Below are positions 48,630 through 56,757 of a stretch of DNA of 64,000 bases, one piece after another. The stretch comes from Pseudobacteriovorax sp. (GTDB lineage Bacteria > Bdellovibrionota_B > Oligoflexia > Oligoflexales > Oligoflexaceae): contig JBNKNM010000005.1 in assembly GCA_050293845.1 (NCBI GenBank), positions 1 through 64,000 on the forward strand. Reading direction: 5' to 3'. Position 1 is the stretch's first letter. Each line of letters starts with the position of its first letter. The translations under genes and the position numbers were made by a program. The notes beneath the pieces were generated by a model. That model was not told where the DNA came from, did no database searches, and saw only the letters and a program-made list of their open reading frames with translations.

Positions 48630-50174
48630 ATGCTTGACGTACTCAGTAGTGGATTCAAGGAAGCAAAATTAAAATTCAAAGGGCGTGCGACTCTTTCGGA
48701 AGAAAATGTAAAAGAGGCTGTGGCCGCCATCCGCAAAAGCTTGCTAGAAGCAGACGTAGAGTATTCAGTCACCAAGCAGTTTCTCAAAAGGGTACAAGAA
48801 AAGGCTTTAGGCCAAGAAGTAACTTTAAAAGCTGGTTCCGGCGAGAAAAAGATAAAAGTTTCACCAGCAGACCATTTTATTAGGGTCTGTCAGGAAGAAC
48901 TAGAATCCTTAATGGGTCCAATTGACGTGGATTTAAAATTTGCGGTCAACCGTCCCACATCTATTATGATGGTCGGCTTACAAGGAACTGGTAAAACAAC
49001 TAGCACCGGCAAGCTAGCCACTTGGCTTATCAATCAGCATAAGAAAAAGCCCATGCTGGTAGCAGCAGATATATACAGACCAGCTGCCGTCAAGCAACTC
49101 AAGGTACTAGCCGAACGCATCGGTATCCCCATGTTTCATATAGAAGGGGAAAACCCTGTCAAAATATGCCGGGAAGCTACAGCCAAAGCGTTTGAGTGGG
49201 GCTGTGACACCATCTTATTCGACACTGCAGGCCGGCTAACCATTGATGATGCCTTGATGCAAGAGCTCAGCGATATTAAAGATCATACAAACCCCGACAA
49301 TATAATGCTGGTTTGTGATGCGATGATGGGTCAAGATGCCGTTACCACAGCAAAGGCGTTCAACGACCGTCTTGATGTCAGCGGTGTCATTATGACAAAA
49401 CTCGATGGTGATGCCCGCGGGGGTGCTGCCCTCAGTATCAAGGAAGTCATTGGTAAGCCTATCAAGTTCCTAGGCATGGGGGAAGAACTTGATCGACTCG
49501 AAGAATTTCGCCCTGAAGGCCTTGCCAGTCGTATCTTAGGTATGGGTGATGTAGTCGGCCTCATGCAGGACTTTAGCAAAGTTGTAGAAGAGGATCAGGA
49601 AGAGCAGGCTATGCGCATGCTCCAGGGCCAGTTTAGTTATTTGGATTTTTATAAACAAATTGAAATGATACAAAAAATGGGTCCTCTAAAGGACCTCGTC
49701 GCTAAGCTTCCCATGCAAGATATGATTCCTGACGGAGCCCAAGTCGATGACAAGGAGCTAGTCAAATTAAAAGCAATGATTAATTCCATGACCAAAAATG
49801 AAAGGCTAGGCATTAATCCTCTTGACCAAAGCCGCATGAACCGCATTGCCAAAGGCTCAGGACGCAAACTGAAAGAGGTACAAGAGCTTCATCAAAAGTT
49901 TAATGGCATGAAAAAGATGATGGGAATGTTTGGCAAAAACATGGGGGGACTCATGGGCAAGATTCCTGGGATGGGGACCCTCGGAAAAATGAATAACCTA
50001 CGCAAAATGGCCAAAGGCATGGAGGGGGGGATGCCCGATATGGGAGATCTCAGTGCTATGCTTGGTAGCGGTGATCCCCGTGGTGCATCCAAAAAACCGA
50101 ATATCGACCGTGAAAAACAAAGAAAGATGCGTAAAGCTGCCAAAAAAGCGCGCAAGAAAAATCGCAGGAAGTAA
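48630..50174 (+). CDS. ffh: Signal recognition particle protein
   Basis: LLEADV, GLQG.GKTT, DTAGR, TKLDGDARGG, the M domain (SMT..ER, R..RIA.GSG) and a Met/Gly-rich, basic tail. Confidence 0.96.
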   Translation: MLDVLSSGFKEAKLKFKGRATLSEENVKEAVAAIRKSLLEADVEYSVTKQFLKRVQEKALGQEVTLKAGSGEKKIKVSPADHFIRVCQEELESLMGPIDVDLKFAVNRPTSIMMVGLQGTGKTTSTGKLATWLINQHKKKPMLVAADIYRPAAVKQLKVLAERIGIPMFHIEGENPVKICREATAKAFEWGCDTILFDTAGRLTIDDALMQELSDIKDHTNPDNIMLVCDAMMGQDAVTTAKAFNDRLDVSGVIMTKLDGDARGGAALSIKEVIGKPIKFLGMGEELDRLEEFRPEGLASRILGMGDVVGLMQDFSKVVEEDQEEQAMRMLQGQFSYLDFYKQIEMIQKMGPLKDLVAKLPMQDMIPDGAQVDDKELVKLKAMINSMTKNERLGINPLDQSRMNRIAKGSGRKLKEVQELHQKFNGMKKMMGMFGKNMGGLMGKIPGMGTLGKMNNLRKMAKGMEGGMPDMGDLSAMLGSGDPRGASKKPNIDREKQRKMRKAAKKARKKNRRK

Positions 50175-50185
50175 GGCAAAAAAAC

Positions 50186-51595
50186 ATGGACATGACACAA
50201 ACAAGCTCTGGGAATATTAACAGCAGAAAGAAAGTCTTAGTGGAAACCTGGGGCTGCCAAATGAATGTAGCCGACAGTGAAAACATGTTGAATATGCTGG
50301 CAAAGGAAAACTATCAGATCACCGACAGCGCTGAAGAGGCGGACTTAGTACTCCTCAATACCTGCCATATCCGCGAGAAAGCTAGCCACAAGGTTTTAAG
50401 CCGTTTAGGCCGGTTACGGGACATCTCACGAGATACGAATCCGAAGATGAAAGTAGTCGTGGCCGGTTGTGTCGCCCAAGCTGAAGGCAAACGACTGATG
50501 GAAAAGGCCAGTAATATCGATATACTGTTGGGTCCTGGAAAAATTAATGATCTGCCATCACTGTTGGCAGAAAATGCCCAAACGGGAAAAAAAGCTCTAT
50601 CCATCGGATTCAGAGACAAAAAGAACAATGAAGTCAATAAGATCTACGATCAATCTACAGAAGCCAAACCAACAATTTCAGGCAAGTCAGAAGTCAGCCG
50701 TTTTATCAATATTGCCCAAGGCTGCAACAATTTTTGTACGTTTTGCGTTGTGCCATTCACCCGTGGACGAGAAATATCCCGCACCATCAATGAAATCGTT
50801 AGTGAAGCTGAAAACCTCGTTTCTGAGGGAGCTAAGGAAATTACCCTGTTAGGCCAAAACGTTAATAGTTACGGCTTGGACTTACTCGAAGATGGACGGC
50901 TGAAAAAAACCACCAGGGGACCCTTTGTGGAACTTCTGTATGCTGTTGCCGGCATTTCTGGTTTAGATCGCCTGCGTTTTACGACATCAAACCCCCATGA
51001 CTTTACCCAGGATATAGCAGAAGCCTTTCGCTTACTCCCCCAATTAGGCCGCTATATCCACTTACCGGTACAGTCAGGTCATGACGAGGTCTTGGAAAGA
51101 ATGAAGCGGAAAGTTACTGTTGATGAGTACTTACAGCGCATTCAATGGTTAAGATCGGTTGATTCAGAAATGGCCATTTCTACAGATTTAATCGTTGGTT
51201 TTCCCGGAGAAACGGAAGAGCAGTTTGCCGATACCCTAGACCTCATGGAAAAAGTACGCTATTCGTTCGTATACGCCTTTAAATATTCTCCCCGGAAAGG
51301 TACAGCAGCAGCACGCTTTCGTGATCAAGTTCCAGAAGAAGTAAAATCTAAGCGACTTGCTGCCCTCAATGAACTGCAGGATAAAATTACAATAGAACAA
51401 AACAGATCTGAAATAGGTCGGGAACGGGCGGTTCTTTGCCACTATGAGAGCAAAAAAGAACCCGGTGTTTTTTATGGTAGAACTGATCAATTTCGCTTAG
51501 TCAGAGTCAAAGCGAGCAGAAACCTAGTTGGCCAATTGTTTCCTGTTAGAATCGTTGATGGGAATAAAACAGCCCTTGTGGGTGAACTGGTATAA
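50186..51595 (+). CDS. miaB: tRNA-2-methylthio-N6-isopentenyladenosine synthase
   Basis: ETWGCQMNVADSE, NTC.IREKA, radical SAM CNNFCTFC, HLPVQSG, IVGFPGET, YSPR.GT.A and a TRAM domain. Confidence 0.95.
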   Translation: MDMTQTSSGNINSRKKVLVETWGCQMNVADSENMLNMLAKENYQITDSAEEADLVLLNTCHIREKASHKVLSRLGRLRDISRDTNPKMKVVVAGCVAQAEGKRLMEKASNIDILLGPGKINDLPSLLAENAQTGKKALSIGFRDKKNNEVNKIYDQSTEAKPTISGKSEVSRFINIAQGCNNFCTFCVVPFTRGREISRTINEIVSEAENLVSEGAKEITLLGQNVNSYGLDLLEDGRLKKTTRGPFVELLYAVAGISGLDRLRFTTSNPHDFTQDIAEAFRLLPQLGRYIHLPVQSGHDEVLERMKRKVTVDEYLQRIQWLRSVDSEMAISTDLIVGFPGETEEQFADTLDLMEKVRYSFVYAFKYSPRKGTAAARFRDQVPEEVKSKRLAALNELQDKITIEQNRSEIGRERAVLCHYESKKEPGVFYGRTDQFRLVRVKASRNLVGQLFPVRIVDGNKTALVGELV

Positions 51596-51771
51596 GTATA
51601 AGCCTGGCCATAAGTTTCTGCCACCAGGCACAAAACCCTAGATCCCGGCTAAACCTCCCATAGCTTCCTATCTATAGCTTTAAGGTGGCGATTCATGATG
51701 CTTAGATAAGCCACAAGGGATAAGAAAAAAACGATGCCAAAAACAAAGTAAAGAGTATAAATCACAGCGTA

Positions 51772-52848
51772 CTACTCCTGAAAAAATGCATAAAACTCGA
51801 TCCTGATATCTTCCCCATTTGGGAAATCTGTCTTCAATTTAATATCCCCGGCAACACTTCCAGAAAGTCCTTCGGGATTAGTAATGCCAATGTCAATCAT
51901 ACGATCCATTTGTGGCTCTTGGGGAGGGTTAAACTTTATATATTTAGGGACCTCTACTTTTAACCCGTTAATATACATATTGATATCAAACGATGTTATA
52001 GAATATTGCCGATCACTAGAGAGACGGATAGTTTTATGGGAGACTTGCTTCTTGCCCACAGAGCCAAAATCCAGATAATCCGGCTGAAAGGAGACATTGC
52101 CCCGAACCTTCGCTACCACAGGAACGGGAATTGTTTTAAGGGTCGCATGGTCGGTATCAATCGCTATCATATCCCTTAAAATTCCTGGCTTGCTGTTTTC
52201 CATACGGATGTCTACAAGCCAATGTTCGGACTCTTTTCTCACTTGAACGTTAAAATTGGGGTTCTCTTCAACCCTTACTATCTGAAATGGCTTGCCATCT
52301 GCTGACTTGAGCTGAACCCGTCGCACCGACTTTTCTCCCGCACGAATATTACCAAAATCTACCAGAGGAGGATTCACATCAATTGTAGGCTTTACCTTGG
52401 CTTTAAGCACCAAAGTTTTGACTTTCTTTCGGCGCTCGTTGGTCAGTATGGTAAAAGACTTAGAAACCCGACCTGAAAAGTCAGTGGTATCAAAGTAAAC
52501 ATCAATATACCCTTGCTCGCGAGGTCGGTAAACTTTTCCCTTGTCGAGTTTTACAACCGTACATCCGCAAGGTGTGTGTACGGCTTGGATGATGAGATCC
52601 CCTTTACCAATATTTTCAAAAATAAACCGATGTGTAAGGGCCTGACCACGGTGCACTTCTCCGAAATCTTTGACATACTGGTCAAATTTAACCAGACCTT
52701 CCTTTCTGGTTATCTGTGATACAATATCGTGGCTGTTTTTCGTTTCAACACCATATACATCTGTAATTATTATAAAAACCCAAATAAACATTGGTAGAAA
52801 TTGCTTCAAGATCATCGATTTCCTCTCAGCTTTCCGCAGGTAGGTCAA
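51772..52848 (-). CDS. DUF1573 / tandem Ig-like domain exported protein
   Basis: Signal/TM segment, DFG.V..G....H.F.F.N.G...L.I and CGCT. The DFG motif starts each of three Ig-like modules. Confidence 0.75.
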   Translation of the reverse strand: MTYLRKAERKSMILKQFLPMFIWVFIIITDVYGVETKNSHDIVSQITRKEGLVKFDQYVKDFGEVHRGQALTHRFIFENIGKGDLIIQAVHTPCGCTVVKLDKGKVYRPREQGYIDVYFDTTDFSGRVSKSFTILTNERRKKVKTLVLKAKVKPTIDVNPPLVDFGNIRAGEKSVRRVQLKSADGKPFQIVRVEENPNFNVQVRKESEHWLVDIRMENSKPGILRDMIAIDTDHATLKTIPVPVVAKVRGNVSFQPDYLDFGSVGKKQVSHKTIRLSSDRQYSITSFDINMYINGLKVEVPKYIKFNPPQEPQMDRMIDIGITNPEGLSGSVAGDIKLKTDFPNGEDIRIEFYAFFQE

Positions 52849-52973
52849 CTTTAGAGACCCTATATTATAGCCGATTGTTTTAAGGAGCCATAGGGAATCC
52901 CCCTTAGGGCAAAAGTTTCCTATATCATTTCATGCCATTTGTCGATGAAAGCACAAATGAAGGAGGCTAATCC

Positions 52974-53318
52974 ATGCTGCTAGACTGGCTCAAATTCCTA
53001 TATGAAGATGCTACAGCAAGCTATAATTCCATAGAAATGAATGACTTAGCATACCCCAGTTACATACTGCTTTGGCTCTTGCTGCTAATGTTCCCCCTGA
53101 CCCGGGTTGATCGCAGCGACCCTATAGCTGGCCTTGTTTATGTTTTATTTTCCATAACAACTGGTGCCACTCTTATTTTTGGACTGCCAGGCGATTTCAC
53201 ATCTTTTAGCGATATTAATATACATTTTGCCATTCTACTGGGGATGGGTTGTATAGCAGCTTACCGTTGGTTTCATATCAACAACATTAAGAATGTATCA
53301 CCTGAGAAGAAAAAATAA
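52974..53318 (+). CDS. Hypothetical membrane protein
   Basis: AGGAGG RBS and three hydrophobic segments. Confidence 0.6.
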   Translation: MLLDWLKFLYEDATASYNSIEMNDLAYPSYILLWLLLLMFPLTRVDRSDPIAGLVYVLFSITTGATLIFGLPGDFTSFSDINIHFAILLGMGCIAAYRWFHINNIKNVSPEKKK

Positions 53319-53332
53319 AAAGGACTTAAGTC

Positions 53333-53599
53333 ATGTCCCAACGCAGTAATAATTTTGATACAAAGTTAATTATTAACAGATCCCGCCAGACACTACTGGG
53401 GATCATCATTATTGTGTCCATAATTTTTTTCGCACTATTCATCTTAGAAGGAGTTCACAACGAAAATGGCTGGTTCATGATCGGACTACCTCTCTGCCTT
53501 GTAGGTTTATTATTCGTCTTATTTCCCCCTACGGAGGAATGGGATTATTCTCCGTGGCAAAGTCGGCCACAACAAATTGAACAGAGTAGTGAAAAATAG
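53333..53599 (+). CDS. Hypothetical small membrane protein
   Basis: AAGGA RBS, two TMs and a C-terminal PTEEW.Y.PWQ motif. Confidence 0.6.
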   Translation: MSQRSNNFDTKLIINRSRQTLLGIIIIVSIIFFALFILEGVHNENGWFMIGLPLCLVGLLFVLFPPTEEWDYSPWQSRPQQIEQSSEK

Positions 53600-53607
53600 G
53601 ATACTAA

Positions 53608-54525
53608 ATGAGTTTGCGACTAGTTTTTATCTTAGGAGTATTTTTTTTTCCTGGCTGTATGACACCATCACAAAATACCTTAAGTAAAAATTTTGAAGAA
53701 ATTGAACTGATTGTTGGCAATCGCCCCCCAAGTATCAACATGTTTACAGATCCTGGGCCTATTGAAGTTAATATAAAAACTGATTTTGAAATACCCTTAA
53801 CCACAAGCGAAAAGGTCATCACTGACCTTTATATCCCCTACCAGGAAGTCCAAGCTCCCTTACTGATCATTCAACACGGTAACCGTTCTTCCAAAGAGTT
53901 TCACAGTAAGCAGGCCTTTTTAGCTGCAAGCTGGGGGATTAACGTCATGACAGTAGAGCAACCGAATCGCGGGCAGTGGATAAAAAATGGTTATAATTTA
54001 GGGAATCTCACGCGACTCCTTTATAAATGGCCGACACTACTTGATAAGAGATTTGATAAAAATAGAATCATCTTAGCAGGTCATTCCTTTGGAGGTTCTG
54101 CCGTTGCAATCGCAGCAGGGCAAGGTACTCCTGTTAGAGGTGTCATCTTTTTAGATCCTGCTCTTGTTCATAAAAAAGTAGAGGGCTTTTTGAAGAATAT
54201 GAGTGTTCCAGCCATTCTCCTGGGTGCTGACCGGGAGGTATTCAAGTCCCGCAAACGAGAGTTTTTTTTCAAAAGAAAACCAAAAAATATTATTGAATTA
54301 TCTTTTACAAATGCTACCCACAACGATGCACAATACCCTAATATGTTTTCTTGGAGGCAGATTTTTGGAATTGATCCACGAACCGATGAGTATAGACAAA
54401 AGCAATTTGCAGCAGCTATAGTTGCAGCTACATTCAGCCTATGCACGGGGACAAGCAATCATTACTTTTTCGAGGCTATCCATGCCTGGAACTCCGCTGC
54501 TATTAAAAGCTATCGATATAAATGA
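53608..54525 (+). CDS. Alpha/beta hydrolase lipoprotein (chlorophyllase/cutinase-like)
   Basis: Lipobox-like FPGC, IIQHG oxyanion strand, nucleophile elbow GHSFGG, LDP and ATHND (candidate catalytic His). Confidence 0.75.
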   Translation: MSLRLVFILGVFFFPGCMTPSQNTLSKNFEEIELIVGNRPPSINMFTDPGPIEVNIKTDFEIPLTTSEKVITDLYIPYQEVQAPLLIIQHGNRSSKEFHSKQAFLAASWGINVMTVEQPNRGQWIKNGYNLGNLTRLLYKWPTLLDKRFDKNRIILAGHSFGGSAVAIAAGQGTPVRGVIFLDPALVHKKVEGFLKNMSVPAILLGADREVFKSRKREFFFKRKPKNIIELSFTNATHNDAQYPNMFSWRQIFGIDPRTDEYRQKQFAAAIVAATFSLCTGTSNHYFFEAIHAWNSAAIKSYRYK

Positions 54526-54572
54526 TTCAGTCTATCCCAGATATGAAAAATGGTACCTGATCGGGGTATCCG

Positions 54573-55238
54573 TTACTTGCTCTCGTCAAGACTTCTTTCT
54601 GAGTGCGTGGAGTTGATGATATCTATTACAATCATCGTATCAGTTGCCTTAAAGGTCTCCTGGGGACTATAACTTTCCACAATTTCCAACCTTGTGGTTT
54701 GGGGCGTTGTGTATAGTACATCCCCATCGATCTGAACAGCCTGTTTCCCTCGGTGCAAAGAGTCGCTTGTATAAACCGTTTCTGAATGATCGGCATGATG
54801 CATACGAACCGTCAAGTAAAGACCTGCTTTTCTACAATCCGTAATAAGCGGTATAGAACGCTTTTTTCCGCTGTGGAATTGTGCTGATGCTAAGTTGAAT
54901 TCGATAGCCTGGTCGGGACTCCAAAGCCCCACCGCACAGGAAGGATCTTCACTTGTAACAACACCCTTTAAGTTCTGTAAAGGGGGTTCAGATACTAGAG
55001 CTAAAGGAATTACCGATATTACAAGCGCTGCTGCTCCTAGTAACATTACCTTGGGCCATATAGCTGATAGAGATTCCCCCCCCCTATTTCTTTTAACCAC
55101 TAGCAGATGTACTTCTTCTTCGAGTTCGGCAGCAAACGCTTCCTCCCCTTTAAGTTGAAACTCCTGATCATATTCTTCTACTAAGTCCACCAATCTAGAC
55201 AAGTAATTATCATCTATTTTTGCTTTTTTCACTTCCAT
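54573..55238 (-). CDS. Single-pass membrane protein, putative anti-sigma factor (paralog 2)
   Basis: Acidic helical N-terminus, one TM (VMLLGAAALVISVIPLALV), NLKG motif and a beta-rich periplasmic domain with two Cys. Downstream of the ECF sigma gene. Confidence 0.55.
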   Translation of the reverse strand: MEVKKAKIDDNYLSRLVDLVEEYDQEFQLKGEEAFAAELEEEVHLLVVKRNRGGESLSAIWPKVMLLGAAALVISVIPLALVSEPPLQNLKGVVTSEDPSCAVGLWSPDQAIEFNLASAQFHSGKKRSIPLITDCRKAGLYLTVRMHHADHSETVYTSDSLHRGKQAVQIDGDVLYTTPQTTRLEIVESYSPQETFKATDTMIVIDIINSTHSERSLDESK

Positions 55239-55343
55239 GGCTTGAGCTAACTCCCCTCTCTCCTTGAATTTCCCTTCACTAAAGAGACAAGCTGCAGCCG
55301 CAAATATTGCAGGATATGAATTCTCAATAATTCTATTAACTTA

Positions 55344-55913
55344 TCAGGTGAGCTCGATACCTTCTTCGTCGACAAGACGAACCATGGCTTTTGAGACTAT
55401 TAGTCGGAAACGTCTAAGGTGGGATAAGACCGTATTTTGCTTAAGGTTAAGCTGTTCGGCTATTTCTTTAACCGACTTTTTTTGCAGATAAAACAATTTC
55501 GCAACGGTCGCTCGCGGTTCTCCCTTGTGGCTTTTAATAAGTTCGGTAAGCAACTGAATCGAGTGCTCAAAGTGAACAGTTGCCATAACATCATCGGCCA
55601 CTAAAACAACTTCAGCTACGCCCTCATCATCGGAAATCGAATCGGTACCAGCTATTGAAATAGTCTTTTTTTGACGCCTAATTTCATTAAGGCATTTATT
55701 GCGGGCGATGGTAATCAACCACCCTCCAAAAGCTCTAACATCCCTTAGGGAGTCAAGATTCTGCCAAGCTTGAATAAAAACTTCCTGGATCAAGTCATCT
55801 GCGGCACCGTCATAAAACTTAAATTTCTGCACCGTCGCAGCTACACCACCATAGTACTTCCTGTAGATATCTTCAAAACTACCAATACCAAGATGTTCCT
55901 CTTTAAAGCTCAT
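55344..55913 (-). CDS. ECF-family RNA polymerase sigma factor
   Basis: Region 2 ADDLIQEVFIQAW..L..LRD...FGGWLITIARNKC and region 4 SVKEIAEQLNL..NTV.SHLRR. Confidence 0.92.
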   Translation of the reverse strand: MSFKEEHLGIGSFEDIYRKYYGGVAATVQKFKFYDGAADDLIQEVFIQAWQNLDSLRDVRAFGGWLITIARNKCLNEIRRQKKTISIAGTDSISDDEGVAEVVLVADDVMATVHFEHSIQLLTELIKSHKGEPRATVAKLFYLQKKSVKEIAEQLNLKQNTVLSHLRRFRLIVSKAMVRLVDEEGIELT

Positions 55914-55923
55914 CGACTTCCTT

Positions 55924-56733
55924 TCACTCTACCTCAATCTGGGTGGTGTCGCGCCACTTAAATATCGTTTCTTCGCCCTCTGCTGACGATTCTTCCGTTA
56001 AGCTTGTTAACATGTCGCTACTACCCAATTCCCCTTGTGTCACGAATAAACTGATTTCAACATTAGACTCTACTGTAATCGCCCAAGGGTCCGAACCAAA
56101 CATCACCAGCCCCGTGTCCATAGTGCCATTTAAGAATGTTTGTATTTCCCGTCCCGACACGCGAATATGTACGAAAGCGGCATCCGCACAGTTCATGCGT
56201 AAATTAACTGATTGTGGTGTGGCAAGCTGAAAGACCAAACCATTTCCCTTCAGGCTACCGCTGCTCCTACCAATAAATTCGTAGTCACAGTCTATGCCCT
56301 CACCAGAGTTGATTCCCTTAAATGATTCCTGTAGAGGGTCTATGGTCGCGATGTGCTTTGGCTTGTTAGCAACATACATAAAAAGGGCTATTGACGCAGC
56401 TGCCATAAATAAAAGACTCCACTGCGTTTTTTTTATAGACCTGGAAGGTAGCGCAACAACTACATCACTCTGCGGCTTAGCATGCGTTTCTAAACTTTTC
56501 TTAATTGCCTCCCAATTCCTTGTCTGGTCGCCATCCTGCTGTGCATGGTCTTCGCCTTTGGCAGGCGGTACTTCCCCCACAAGGCGAGAAATCTCTTGTG
56601 AGAGAGCTAGTTCTTCTTTCCATAGCTCTTCGTCCGTCATATTTGCGTCATCTAAGATCTTCTCCTCTTCAGAAACCAATGCCAATAGTTTCTTCTTATC
56701 CTCGGGAGAGAGATTTGTCGTTTTAGAACTCAA
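55924..56733 (-). CDS. Single-pass membrane protein, putative anti-sigma factor (paralog 1)
   Basis: Acidic N-terminus with W.AI, TM WSLLFMAAASIALFMYV (the AAA motif is typical of anti-sigma TMs), SFKG motif and a beta-rich periplasmic domain with two Cys. Confidence 0.6.
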   Translation of the reverse strand: MSSKTTNLSPEDKKKLLALVSEEEKILDDANMTDEELWKEELALSQEISRLVGEVPPAKGEDHAQQDGDQTRNWEAIKKSLETHAKPQSDVVVALPSRSIKKTQWSLLFMAAASIALFMYVANKPKHIATIDPLQESFKGINSGEGIDCDYEFIGRSSGSLKGNGLVFQLATPQSVNLRMNCADAAFVHIRVSGREIQTFLNGTMDTGLVMFGSDPWAITVESNVEISLFVTQGELGSSDMLTSLTEESSAEGEETIFKWRDTTQIEVE

Positions 56734-56757
56734 GCAAAATTACTCCCCATGTTATCA

